A stretch of 64,000 nucleotides of DNA from Candidatus Moanibacter sp. (GCA_965215885.1 CBDCEW010000101.1:1-64000), one strand, 5' to 3'. Positions 42,429-53,169 are shown, counted from the stretch's first letter. Numbers and translations: made by a program. Notes: a model not told the origin generated them from the letters alone.

Positions 42429-42806
42429 GAGCATTGAAAGCAACGGATCAGGAACGGCGAGGAATAAATGAAGAAGAGAATCCAAAGGAAATGACTGAGA
42501 GTGCTCCCATGCGTATTACGACAAGGTTCGGGACAAGGTTTGCGACGAGGTTTGCTCCGCTTAATTCGAAGCAGTCCTGCGGTGAGCGACTTGAAGTCCC
42601 GTCGAACCCTTTGACCGGCAGGACATTCGTGATCGGATTGAGAAAGCAACGCCTACTTCCCCTGGGTAACCTTGTCCCGAACCTTGTCGATCACAATACA
42701 TTGAATATCAGCCCCTTCTACTCAGAATCTTGCTCGAAAAACAGGAAGTTGACGGATTGTAGTACGGATTGACACGGATGCGAAAGGGAGGGAGAACGGA
42801 ATGGGC

Positions 42807-44699
42807 CACGGTATTTTGATTCTCGGAGCATTAGGTGATGATATTGATGGCCTTATGTAAGTTAAAGACGAAATCATCACAGAGTGCGGGAGTGGATTCA
42901 GCGCCCATGGAAGACTTGAGGCTGAGAACCAGTTGCCTGCATGCAGCAAGAATTCTGGCTGCGTTATGATTACGGATCATACATCGATCTTCATCGAAGA
43001 AGCGATCCCTGGGGTAATGATTTTTATTTTCGATCGAGCAATGGTTGCGAATTTTCGAGAGGAACTGTTGAGGGCTCAAATCGGCGGGATCGAGACTGCT
43101 TACGTAGTAAGAGCGTTCAGAGGAAGGTTCAGCTTTGTTTGGATAATGGAAGGTGCGTTGCACACAGGCGAACTGGCGGGCATGGGGCAGGCCGGCAGAG
43201 GGAGCGCTTAGAGAATGGGTTGCTATTTGACGTATTTCGAGTCGCCCATGGTCATTGTCCACGGTTTGGTGGAGAAAAAGGGGGTGGAGCTGAAGAGATT
43301 CTGAGCGTATTGATGCATGTTGGGCTGATTGTCTTTAATTTGAATAACATAGTCAGCACTGAGTTCTTCGACGACGATGTGGGCAGTTTCTTTTTGATTA
43401 TGCATGGCGTCGAAGGTGAAGGTGGAGCCGTCCAAAATGGGCATCTTTCGCAAGAGAGTCTGGGCGGCGGTGATCTCGTTGGATTTATCGGCGGTAGCGA
43501 CTTGGGCTAAGGTTTGAGCGCTTTGGTGATCGACTGCGGCCACCAGGTGCAGAGCCTTTGATCCTTCGGTGTTTGTGCCTTTGAGGGTCTTGCCGTCGAC
43601 GGCAATATCGCGGGGCAAACAGCCGTCTTGTAAGCAGATGAATTCGGTGAGGGTTTTATCGAAGAGCTCGGCCTTTACGTTTTGCAAGACCCGATAGAAG
43701 ACATCATAGCAAGGGGCCTTATAGCGGCCTGTTTTGGGGTTTTCCAGGAGCGTAAGGCGCGCAATTGGGCTTGATTGAGATGATGGGCCAGGCGCACGAT
43801 GCCCTTGAGGGTCTGTTTGCCGCACATCGTGCCGAGCACAATCATGCTCAGGACCGTGGCGAGCCGATATCTAAGGCCCGCTTTACGACGGAAGTCTTCT
43901 ATCTGATTGAAGCGTTCCCACAGGCTGCTCATCTGTTCCACTTTGAGGCAGACCGCATGGGAGTTATCGGTTTCATTGAGCGCCTGGCTCTGTGCCGCGG
44001 GCAATGGCCCTGAAGCGCGCAAAAGCTCAAGGGCATTAGCCTTGAGGGGTTTGACCCAGATCTGCTTGGGACGCTCATGGCGTTGATAGAAATCTTCGCG
44101 TTGGCGGCCATATCCCGCGCTCAAGCCCAAGGGCGTCCACCCGCTCGCTTCGTAGCAAGTGCCCCGGTGAATCTGTGGGTCCACGAACGTTTCCGCTACT
44201 AAGGGACGATAGCCAAAAGCCTCCTGCCAGTGATCGGCTAAGACTCTCAGGCACATACCCAACGTCTTGGAGGCCAAATTTGCAAGATCCACCCCGGGCA
44301 AAATCAGAAAACGCCGGTTCTGTACTACCAGTTTCAATCGTGCATGCCGTTGCGCCCCGTCCCACCCGATCCATTCGTCTCGATCCTTCAGCCGGTAGGA
44401 TGCGGCCCCCCACAAGAGCAGGCCCATCCATTGCCCGTCGATCTGCGCCACATAGCGCAGGGTCTCTCCTGCGCTGCCCGCACTGTGTAAATAATGATGT
44501 TGTTTCAATAGATCATTGAATCGCTCCTGCTCTTCGGGCAGGACCAGACGCAGAGTTAAACGATCTATCGAAGGATTCAGTTGGTAAGATTTTTTGTCTT
44601 TCATCCCATCTTAACATGACTGATTCCCTCGGGTTTGTTTAGCTCTTTTTTTATCTTCTTGCTTATCAGCTAGTTGCTTCCTGGAATCCTTTTACCCTG
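42807..44699 (-). mobile_element. ISAs1-family IS (1893 bp) with N-terminal DUF4338 domain; transposase split over three frames
   Basis: 10-bp direct repeat CGGAATGGGC at 42797-42806 and 44700-44709; imperfect TIRs; DFRR..G.RY.L, IAVDGKTLKG, KSNEI, TFDAMH, IKDNQ, IENK.H..RD..FDED. Confidence 0.92.
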
Positions 44700-44700
44700 C

Positions 44701-44794
44701 GGAATGGGCGTCCCAGCACCGAGAGGAGTTGACGGACAACTTGAATCGAGCTAGACTTGGTCAGGATTTTACTAAAATTGCCCCCTTGATTGAG
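44701..44794 (+). pseudogene. C-terminal remnant of a DUF4160-like partner gene
   Basis: EWASQHREEL.DN..RAR......IAPL directly upstream of DUF2442. Confidence 0.65.
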
Positions 44795-45085
44795 ATGGAT
44801 CTAAGCCGTTTTCATGTCGTTTCCGCCCATCCGTTGGGTGATCGTAGAGTTCGTCTTTCCTTTCGAGATGGGACAGAAAAGGAAGTTGATCTAACTTCCT
44901 TCCTTGCTGGACCGGTTTTCGAACGGGTGCGAAATGATAAGGGTGTATTCGAATCAATGGTCATTGAAGGTGGAACTATCTGCTGGGAAACCGGAGCAGA
45001 TATTGACACAATAGTTCTCTACTTTGGCAGCCAAGAGGAAGCCGAACGGCACCTCTCGCACAAGGCGGATCAGGCAACCGTATAA
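44795..45085 (+). CDS. DUF2442 domain protein (putative antitoxin)
   Basis: LSFRDGTEKEVDL...GPVFE....F......GGTICWETGADID...LY. Confidence 0.88.
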   Translation: MDLSRFHVVSAHPLGDRRVRLSFRDGTEKEVDLTSFLAGPVFERVRNDKGVFESMVIEGGTICWETGADIDTIVLYFGSQEEAERHLSHKADQATV

Positions 45086-45265
45086 ACGCAACGGCTATCT
45101 TCGACGTTCAGTTTCCATATCCATGCTCTTCAACCCATCCCGCGGCTTCCTCGAATTCCCGGCTTGCCGGGACGAGACTGCCGAATCCGTTGGGCCTTTC
45201 TCTTCCATTCGTGCTTGCCTCGGGGAAGCTCTGCCGAATGGCACGTACCTGTTTAGCGTGTCTGA

Positions 45266-45458
45266 GGCTGCCCCGGTCTTGTGCCGGGGTGGCGCACGTT
45301 CCGGGCTACCGAGATCTGCCCCCATTCCCTCTCCCGGCGATTCTCCCGCTTGCCCAGTCCCTGGGTGGGGGAGAATCGCCGGGAGAGGGGTATGGTATTC
45401 CCCTCGTCTTATGTAGCTGAGTAAGCGAGCGCCACCCCGGCACAAGACCGGGGCAGCC
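45266..45458. repeat. Nested long inverted repeat (REP-like)
   Basis: GGCTGCCCCGGTCTTGTGCCGGGGTGGCGC / GCGCCACCCCGGCACAAGACCGGGGCAGCC outer arms; CCCTCTCCCGGCGATTCTCCC / GGGAGAATCGCCGGGAGAGGG inner arms. Confidence 0.92.
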
Positions 45459-45569
45459 GGCAACGTATAGGATGACGCTAAAAAAATACAACGGCAGAGC
45501 GAAGACGGGTCCAATCGCGTTTCCAGCTTAGCGGGATGCTTTTCCTCTTCTCTTTAATCTCGCTGGGTT

Positions 45570-46107
45570 CAATTCCCCGAAGCTTGCTTCGGCTTTAGTG
45601 GTATATGATGATAGCGGATGGGAAGTCGTTACATCCACAAAAGTCACAATGTATCGGTGCTGATGTATCATCTGGTGTGCGCAGCGAAGTATCGTCGAGT
45701 TGTGATGAGTGAGCGTGTGGACGAGGTTCTGAGGGCAACCTGCATCGAGATTGAAAAGCGCGGGGAGATTGTCTTCTTGGAAATAGGATTAGATCGAGAC
45801 CATGCACACTTTCTGATCCAGTCGGTGCCGGCTTACAGTCCGACGAGGATCGTTACGACGGTGAAGAGTGTAACTGCGCGCGAAGTGTTTGCGAAAGCAC
45901 CGGAGGTGAAGAAGCAACTGTGGGGCGGAGAGTTCTGGGGAAAAGGGTACTTCGTAAACACGGTGGGGCAACACAGCAGCGAGAGCGTGATCGCGGCCTA
46001 TATCGCGAATCAAGGTGAGGAGGCAAATTACCAGCGATTGCATAAAGGGCAGTTGGAGTTGGGATTATTTTGAAAATGCCTCGGGGCTTGCCCCGAGGAT
46101 CTTTACT
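45570..46107 (+). mobile_element. tnpA: IS200-family element, Y1 transposase TnpA at 45618-46073
   Basis: YHLVCAAKYRR, DHAH (HUH), FWGKGYFVNTVG, YI.NQ; terminal hairpins CCGAAGC-TT-GCTTCGG and CCTCGGGGC-TT-GCCCCGAGG; no tnpB. Confidence 0.93.
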
Positions 46108-46132
46108 CCGTAGTTTGATGAAAGAACCGCTC

Positions 46133-48661
46133 ATGAGATTCGTTCACACCTCTCTAGCTGTTGCCGGTTTTATCGCGACAACACCGCAAAGCGCACGCTC
46201 TGAGACCTCGCAGGGGGCAGGCGAGGTCCGAGTACTCGCCATGCTACCTGAATTCCGCCTGACGAACCAGTCGGGCGAGGCATACGGGAGCAAAGAACTG
46301 CAGGGTAAAACCTGGATTGCCAATTTCATCTTTACCCGTTGTCCGGCGACCTGCCCGAGGCAGACGCGAAACCTGGCCCAATTGCAGCAAAAACTAGCGA
46401 CGCGTTCCGACTGGAGCGGGATTCGGCTGGTCAGTTTCACGGTCGATCCCACCTATGATTCACCGGATGTTCTGCAAAGGTATGCAGCGAAGTACGGCAC
46501 CGATCCGGAGCACTGGCATTTTCTCACGGGCTCGCGCCGGGAAATTTGGGAATTGAGCAAGAACGGGTTTAAACTGCCCGTCAGTGAAGCGCCGGCGGAT
46601 GCGGACTCACCGCTGCTTCACAGCCGTTACCTCGTCCTGGTCGACTCGAAGGCCCGTGTCCGCGGTTTCTACGATGGATTGTCGGAGGAGGGATTGAGCG
46701 ATATCAGCCGCGACTTGGAGACCGTCGCGGGCGAGGACAAAGGGGGAGTTCTATGGTCGGCGCCGGAGGCTGCGGTGACGGCAACAGCCAGCGGAGAGGT
46801 GGCGATTCCGTCGACTATCACGGACCCCCCGTGGCTCGAAATACGCCGGCAGTCGCAGTTAAACACCGTCTGGGAGTTTGAAGTGTTTCATGATTTCAAG
46901 TTCCTAGACGAGCGGGAGGCGAGCGGTATCCGCTTCCTCCATCGCGTTGTCGACGATGCTGGAAAGACTTACAAAGCGGTGCACTACGACCACGGCAACG
47001 GTATCGCCATAGCCGACGTGGATGGCGACGGTTATCAGGATATCTATTTCACAAACCAGGTCGGCAGTAACCAGCTGTGGCGCAACCGGGGAGATGGTTC
47101 CTTTGAAAATATGACCGACCAGGCAGGAGTTGCGGTGGCCGATCGAATCAGCGTCACCGCCTCCTTTGCGGACATTGACAATGACGGTGATCCCGACCTC
47201 TACGTGACCGCTGTTCGGGAGGGAAACGTGCTCTTTGAAAACGAAGGCAGGGGAAGTTTTAAGGAAATCTCGGAAGCTTCCGGTCTCGGCTATAAGGGAC
47301 ATTCCTCAGGGGCGGTATTTTTCGATTATAATCTTGATGGTTTACTGGACCTTTTCCTGACCAATGTTGGCCAATACACGACCGAAGAGCGGCGCAAAGT
47401 GGTCCACGATGCCACCACCCGAAGGCACGAAGCCGGGGATTTCTATTTTTACGATGGACTGAAGGATGCTTTCGGGGGCCACCTTAAACCGGAGCGGACG
47501 GAGCGAAGCCTTCTCTTCAAAAACACCGGACAGAACCGGTTTGTGGACGTCACGGAAGAGACCGGCCTGGTCGATACTGGCTGGTCGGGCGACGCCAGTC
47601 CGATCGATGCGAATTCGGACGGATGGCCGGATCTCTACGTGCTGAACATGCAGGGGCATGACCACTACTACGAGAATGTGGAAGGCCGGAAATTTGTCCG
47701 GAAAAGCCGGGAGGTATTCCCCGCCACACCCTGGGGTTCGATGGGTATCGAAGTCTTCGACTACAACAACGACGGCCGGATGGATATCTATATTACCGAT
47801 ATGCACTCGGATATGAGTGAAAACGTGGGGCCGGGAAAGGAGAAATTAAAGGCCAATATTCAGTATACCGAATCACTTTTAGACCGTAAGGGGATCCCGA
47901 GCATATACGGTAACGCAGTTTTTCAAAACGAGGGCGACGGCAATTTCAAGGAAGTCTCTGATGTTATCGGCGCTGAGAACTTCTGGCCGTGGGGTCTGAG
48001 TGCCGGCGACCTCAACGCCGACGGCTGGGAGGATGTATTTATCGTTTCGTCGATGAATTTCCCGTTTCGATACGGGATCAATACCGTTTTATTGAATAAT
48101 CGGGGTGAGAGTTTCCTCGACAGCGAATTTATCCTCGGGGTGGAACCCCGCCGAGACCACCGCACCACCACACCGTGGTTTGAGCTCGATTGTTCCGGCG
48201 CGGATAAGGATAACGTTTACTGCGAAAATCTGGAAGGACGGGTAGTAATAACCAGCGCTTTAGGCTCACGTTCGTCCGTGATCTTTGATGTGGAAGGTGA
48301 TGGAGACCTCGACATCGTAACCAATGACTTCAATTCCGAACCCATGGTCCTCATCAGCAATCTGACGGAACGACGGGAGATTCATTACCTGAAAGTGCGG
48401 CTCGTTGGAACGACATCCAACCGGAGCGGTCTGGGGGCAACCGTTCGAGTCACCGTCGGTTCAAATACCTACACCAGGGTCATGGACGGGCAGTCCGGTT
48501 ACCTATCGCAAAGCATTTACCCGCTCTACTTCGGACTCGACGGCGCCTCGACGATCGACCGGATAGAAGTGGACTGGCCCTCGCGGAAGCAATCGGTGCT
48601 CGCCGGCCCGATTCAAGCTAATCAACTGAGGGTCATCGAGGAACCGCTAGCAGAGCAGTAA
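46133..48661 (+). CDS. SCO1/SenC domain fused to a CRTAC1-like FG-GAP propeller and ASPIC-UnbV domain
   Basis: Signal peptide; FIFTRCPATCP, SFTVDP.YD and HS..LVLVD (SCO), then D.D.DG..D repeats and SNRSGLGA...SGYLSQ...FGL...WPS. Confidence 0.9.
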   Translation: MRFVHTSLAVAGFIATTPQSARSETSQGAGEVRVLAMLPEFRLTNQSGEAYGSKELQGKTWIANFIFTRCPATCPRQTRNLAQLQQKLATRSDWSGIRLVSFTVDPTYDSPDVLQRYAAKYGTDPEHWHFLTGSRREIWELSKNGFKLPVSEAPADADSPLLHSRYLVLVDSKARVRGFYDGLSEEGLSDISRDLETVAGEDKGGVLWSAPEAAVTATASGEVAIPSTITDPPWLEIRRQSQLNTVWEFEVFHDFKFLDEREASGIRFLHRVVDDAGKTYKAVHYDHGNGIAIADVDGDGYQDIYFTNQVGSNQLWRNRGDGSFENMTDQAGVAVADRISVTASFADIDNDGDPDLYVTAVREGNVLFENEGRGSFKEISEASGLGYKGHSSGAVFFDYNLDGLLDLFLTNVGQYTTEERRKVVHDATTRRHEAGDFYFYDGLKDAFGGHLKPERTERSLLFKNTGQNRFVDVTEETGLVDTGWSGDASPIDANSDGWPDLYVLNMQGHDHYYENVEGRKFVRKSREVFPATPWGSMGIEVFDYNNDGRMDIYITDMHSDMSENVGPGKEKLKANIQYTESLLDRKGIPSIYGNAVFQNEGDGNFKEVSDVIGAENFWPWGLSAGDLNADGWEDVFIVSSMNFPFRYGINTVLLNNRGESFLDSEFILGVEPRRDHRTTTPWFELDCSGADKDNVYCENLEGRVVITSALGSRSSVIFDVEGDGDLDIVTNDFNSEPMVLISNLTERREIHYLKVRLVGTTSNRSGLGATVRVTVGSNTYTRVMDGQSGYLSQSIYPLYFGLDGASTIDRIEVDWPSRKQSVLAGPIQANQLRVIEEPLAEQ

Positions 48662-48877
48662 ACAGTAGACAGTGATCAGTATCGACACCTCGTGCTCAAT
48701 ATTCGTCACTGTCTTCTGTTCACTTTTATCCACTGTCTCTTTCACTTCCTCCCCCATTGGATGCCAATGCTCCCTTGCTGCCTGCAACTGATTTTCGCGG
48801 TTTAATTCCACATCATTAATAGGTGCGTTGATCCGTATTGACAGTTTAGACTTGGGTCGGAATAGTCAGCTAAGAGC

Positions 48878-49111
48878 ATGAGCACAGAACAGATTCTCAG
48901 TGAAGCCTTATGTCTTTCCCGTCAATCCAGGGCATTGATCGCCGAAAAGCTTCTTGTGAGTTTGGACCTCGGGGATGACTTCACCGTCAGTGAAGAATGG
49001 CGGAAGGAAATCAGAAGTCGCTGCGACGAGTTAGATCGCGGAGACGTGGAGTTGGTCCCTGGCGAGCAGGTGTTCGATGATGTATCCAAAGCCTTGGGAT
49101 GCGACTCATAG
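48878..49111 (+). CDS. Addiction module antitoxin (Unstab_antitox-like)
   Basis: EAL.LS...RA.IAEKLL.SLD...W.KEI..R...L..G; overlaps the toxin start. Confidence 0.88.
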   Translation: MSTEQILSEALCLSRQSRALIAEKLLVSLDLGDDFTVSEEWRKEIRSRCDELDRGDVELVPGEQVFDDVSKALGCDS

Positions 49112-49401
49112 GGTTTCATCCGGAGGCTCGCTCGGAATTCCTGGAGTCGGCGCGGTACTACCAAGCCCAACAGGAAGGCTTGGGACATCGATTCGTCGAA
49201 GCCGTTCGGACCGCGATCGGCTTGGTCCAGAAATACCCTGACCTATATCGCGAAGTTGAACCTGGGGTTCGGCAGTGTCGAGTCGTTCGGTTTCCATACG
49301 GCATCATCTACCGGCGAAGAGCTGATGGGTTTGAGATCATCGCCGTGATGCATCTGCATCGTCAGCCCGGTTACTGGCGGATAAGGATGGAGGGAGACTG
49401 A
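49099..49401 (+). CDS. RelE/ParE-family toxin
   Basis: FHPEA..E......YY.....GLG.RF, RFPYGIIY, IIAVMHLHR.PGYW..R. Confidence 0.9.
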   Translation: MRLIGFHPEARSEFLESARYYQAQQEGLGHRFVEAVRTAIGLVQKYPDLYREVEPGVRQCRVVRFPYGIIYRRRADGFEIIAVMHLHRQPGYWRIRMEGD

Positions 49402-49666
49402 AGTACACACCAGCATTCTTAATCTTGCCCTGAAACTCCTGATGCTAGAATCTGTCTATGAATGAACCCCGTGGCCTCAAACGGCTTCAAACGTGAGGGG
49501 TGTGAATTTGAACCATGATTCCCGTGAAAAAGCCGTCGTTGCGGAACTGTCGGCCAACCTGCCGTACGGCAGGTTGGCTACAAATATCAACGACTTACGA
49601 AGCTGGGTAGCCGCGTTCGCAAGAACGTGGAGGTTTTTCCGTTGGGGTAAACCTGGTGAATAAGAA

Positions 49667-52600
49667 GTGAAATTCCCAGCAACATTTGAACCTCGGAATT
49701 CCAGGTTGGCCAATTCTGCAGTGGCCTTGATTGCGCTCACGGGCTGGCACATTCTACCCGCGGGTGAACCATTGGGGATCGGTGCCGATCAATCTTCCAG
49801 TGGCACGCCCGGCGCCGACTCCCGGTCCCCGCTGTTTACGTTGATGAAACCCACGGAGACGGGGATTGCCTTCACGAACAAGGTCTACGAGGACGATGAC
49901 AATCATCCGTTTGGTTATACCTATTTCTATAATGGGGGAGGTGTGTCAATCGGCGACATCAACAACGACGGGCTCTCCGATCTCTTTTTTACGGGAAACA
50001 TGGTGCCGAACAGGCTCTACCTCAATAAAGGCGGTTTCGTTTTTGAAGATATAACCGATCGGGCCGAGATAGGTGAAGCGGGAGGTTGGTCGAACGGGGT
50101 CACGATGGTCGACATCAATGCCGACGGCTACCTCGATATTTACATCTGCCGTTCCTATTACGTAAAGAATCCAGCCCTGCGGGAGAATCTCCTCTACATC
50201 AATAACGGCGATCTGACATTTCGCGAGGAGGCGAAGGCCTACGGATTGAATGATCCCGGATTCTCCGTCCAGGCGGCCTTCTTCGACTACGATCGCGACG
50301 GCGACCTGGATATGTACCTGGGGAATCACTACAACAATATCGAAGGGTACGATCGGAAAATCGTGCGGCAGGAGAGGATCGCACCCGACTTTGTGGGCGA
50401 CCGGTTGATGCGCAATAACGGCGACGGAACCTTTGACGATGTCACAAAGGAATCGGGCATCGAAAACATCGGGTGCGCGCTGGGCGTCGGGATCGGCGAC
50501 ATGAACGACGACGGATGGCCGGATATCTACGCGGCAAACGACTTTCTCGTGTCGGATGTGTTCTTTATCAACAACGGCGACGGCACGTTTACCGAATCCA
50601 TTCATGCGGCCCTGAAGCATTCCTCGTTTTTCGGAATGGGCTCCGCATTAGCCGATTTCAACAATGACGGCCTTCTCGACATCGCCGTAACGGACATGCT
50701 GGCGGCGGATAACTATCGGGAGAAGACGATGATGTCGGCGATGGATGTGGAAGGCTTTCGGAGACTCATCGAGTCCGGTTTTCACCACCAGTACATGCGC
50801 AATACGCTGCAGCTGAACAACGGCAACGGCACCTTCAGCGAAATCGGCTACCTCGCCGGAATCGCCCGGACGGATTGGAGCTACAGCGTCCTGCTGGCGG
50901 ATTTCGATAACGACGGATGGAAAGACATGTTTGTCGCCAACGGCTACCGGCGGGACGCCCGGGATGTCGATGCTACCAATGTGTGGACGGGTGTTGTGAA
51001 GCGGCAGGGAATGAAGTTTCGACGCGGGCAACTGAGAGAACTCCTCGATCTCCTGCCGGTGAATCGGTTGTCGAACTACCTGTTCAGGAACAACGGCGAT
51101 CTCACCTTCTCCGACCGGACAGCCGAGTTCGGGCTCACGCAAAAAAGCTTCTCAAACGGCGCCGCTTACGGTGATCTCGATAATGACGGCGATCTGGATT
51201 TGGTCATCACCAACTTGATGGATCCCGCATTCGTCTACCGGAATGATTCCGAGAGCCGGAAAGGAGGAAACTTTCTGCGGGTGCGTTTAAAGGGGTCCGC
51301 TTCCAATCCTGCGGGCATCGGAGCCAAGGTGAGAATCGCTCACGGTGGCGGGATACAGCACCACGAACTTCACGTTACCCGCGGATTTCATTCGTCTGTC
51401 GAGCACGCCCTCCATTTCGGGTTGGATGATGCCGCGCAAGTCGACTGGTTGCAGGTTACCTGGCCGGACGGCCGCCTGCAGGAGATCGGTTCGGTGGGAG
51501 CGAATCAGGTCATTACGGTTAATTACGCAGACGCGCTTGAACCCCCTGCCGGGGCCGGCAGTTTCGTCGCAGAAACCTTGATGAAAGAGGTGACGGTTGC
51601 AGTCGAGGTGGCGTTTGCGCATCGCGAGAATGACTACGATGACTTCATCAAAGAGGTGCTGCTGCCGCATAAGATGTCCCAGTTCGGTCCAGGCGTCGCG
51701 GTCGGGGACGTCAACGGGGACGGGCGGGACGACTTCTACGTTGGGGGAGCGGCGGGACAGGCCGGAAGGCTTTATCTTCAGGACAGCGAGGCCCGGTTTC
51801 GGCAAGCCGGAAGAAGCCCATGGATAGGCGATGCGGGATTCGAGGACTTGGGCGCGCTCTTTTTCGACGCGGATGGGGACAGGGATCTCGACCTCTATGT
51901 GGTGAGCGGGGGCAACGCATTCGCGCCGGATTCGCATCTCTACCAAGACCGCCTCTACATTAACGACGGCGCGGGTCGGTTTGAGAAAAGCGCGGAACGG
52001 CTCCCGGCCGTCACCGCCAGCGGGTCCTGCGTCGCGGCGGGAGACTATGACGGCGATGGGGATCTCGACCTGTTCGTGGGAGGGCGCGTCCATCCCGGCA
52101 AATACCCCTTCCCGGCGAGGAGCTACGTTCTGAATAATGACGGGGGTGTCTTTGCGGATGTTACCGGCGATGTGGCGCCCGATCTGCGGGAGCCGGGCCT
52201 GGTGACATCGGCGGTGTGGAGCGATTACGACAGTGACGGCGCCCTCGACTTGATCGTCGTCGGAGAATGGATGCCCGTCAGCGTCTTCCAGAACTCCGGT
52301 AGCCGACTGATCGAAAGGACAGCGGACTACGGCTTGGAAAAGACAACCGGTTGGTGGAACGTTATAGAAACAGGCGATTTCGATAACGATGGAGATAACG
52401 ATTTCGTTCTCGGGAATCTCGGGTTGAACTACAAGTACAAGGCCACCGAAGCGGAACCCCTGCACGTCTACGCGCATGACTTTGACGAAAGCGGGACGTT
52501 AGACATCGTCCTTGGGTACTACAACCAGGGGATTTGCTACCCGGTGCGGGGTCGGGAGTGTTCCTCTCAACAGATCCCCCTCCTGAAAACCCGGTTTCCC

Positions 52601-53059
52601 AGCTATTCCGCGTTCGGCAGAGCAACGCTAGCCGACGTCTACGGTGCGACCACATTAAACAAAGGCCTTCACTATGAGGCGAGGATGTTTGCCAGTTCCG
52701 CCATGGAGAATCTGGGAAACGGCCGCTTCGCGATCAAGCCCTTACCGGTGGAGGCGCAGTTCTCGACCGTTCAGGGCGTCGTCGTTCAGGATTTTGACGG
52801 CGACGGAAATCTCGATCTGCTGGTGGCGGGGAACTTTCACGTATCCGAGGTAGAGACGGGGAGAGCCGATGCCGGGATCGGCCTTCTCCTGACCGGCGAC
52901 GGCCGCGGGCACTTTCGTCCGGTTCATGTCTCTAATAGCGGATTCATGGCGGACCGGGATGTAAGGGACCTCGCGATGGTCCGCTCCGCCCATGGCCCGC
53001 CCTATATCCTGGTCGGGAATAACAACGATCGTATGCAGGTGTTTCGGGTGGGGCGGTAG
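49667..53059 (+). CDS. Large FG-GAP/VCBS-repeat protein, CRTAC1-like, with central ASPIC-UnbV domain
   Basis: YFYNGGGVSIGDINNDGLSDLFFTGN, QYMRNTLQLN, FSNGAAYGDLDNDGDLDL, LHFGL...WPDG; second propeller to the C-terminus; GTG start uncertain. Confidence 0.9.
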   Translation: MKFPATFEPRNSRLANSAVALIALTGWHILPAGEPLGIGADQSSSGTPGADSRSPLFTLMKPTETGIAFTNKVYEDDDNHPFGYTYFYNGGGVSIGDINNDGLSDLFFTGNMVPNRLYLNKGGFVFEDITDRAEIGEAGGWSNGVTMVDINADGYLDIYICRSYYVKNPALRENLLYINNGDLTFREEAKAYGLNDPGFSVQAAFFDYDRDGDLDMYLGNHYNNIEGYDRKIVRQERIAPDFVGDRLMRNNGDGTFDDVTKESGIENIGCALGVGIGDMNDDGWPDIYAANDFLVSDVFFINNGDGTFTESIHAALKHSSFFGMGSALADFNNDGLLDIAVTDMLAADNYREKTMMSAMDVEGFRRLIESGFHHQYMRNTLQLNNGNGTFSEIGYLAGIARTDWSYSVLLADFDNDGWKDMFVANGYRRDARDVDATNVWTGVVKRQGMKFRRGQLRELLDLLPVNRLSNYLFRNNGDLTFSDRTAEFGLTQKSFSNGAAYGDLDNDGDLDLVITNLMDPAFVYRNDSESRKGGNFLRVRLKGSASNPAGIGAKVRIAHGGGIQHHELHVTRGFHSSVEHALHFGLDDAAQVDWLQVTWPDGRLQEIGSVGANQVITVNYADALEPPAGAGSFVAETLMKEVTVAVEVAFAHRENDYDDFIKEVLLPHKMSQFGPGVAVGDVNGDGRDDFYVGGAAGQAGRLYLQDSEARFRQAGRSPWIGDAGFEDLGALFFDADGDRDLDLYVVSGGNAFAPDSHLYQDRLYINDGAGRFEKSAERLPAVTASGSCVAAGDYDGDGDLDLFVGGRVHPGKYPFPARSYVLNNDGGVFADVTGDVAPDLREPGLVTSAVWSDYDSDGALDLIVVGEWMPVSVFQNSGSRLIERTADYGLEKTTGWWNVIETGDFDNDGDNDFVLGNLGLNYKYKATEAEPLHVYAHDFDESGTLDIVLGYYNQGICYPVRGRECSSQQIPLLKTRFPSYSAFGRATLADVYGATTLNKGLHYEARMFASSAMENLGNGRFAIKPLPVEAQFSTVQGVVVQDFDGDGNLDLLVAGNFHVSEVETGRADAGIGLLLTGDGRGHFRPVHVSNSGFMADRDVRDLAMVRSAHGPPYILVGNNNDRMQVFRVGR

Positions 53060-53169
53060 ATTCTGCAAACTGCGGATTGAGGAAAAGAGGGACACCCTCA
53101 ATCCGAACCCGGAAGACACTGAGGATGAAGTGGGTCACAGGAAGAACGGGAAGGTTGGGAAAGGGAGAA

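Noticed and set aside
43675..44604. Druantia anti-phage DruA
   Set aside because: DUF4338 lies inside an IS bounded by TIRs and a 10-bp duplication; no other dru genes.
45570..46107. RNA-guided TnpB/IscB system
   Set aside because: TnpA is followed directly by the right-end hairpin; no tnpB.
41835..48661. Cytochrome c oxidase operon
   Set aside because: No subunit I or III or heme biosynthesis genes, and the CuA ligands are incomplete.
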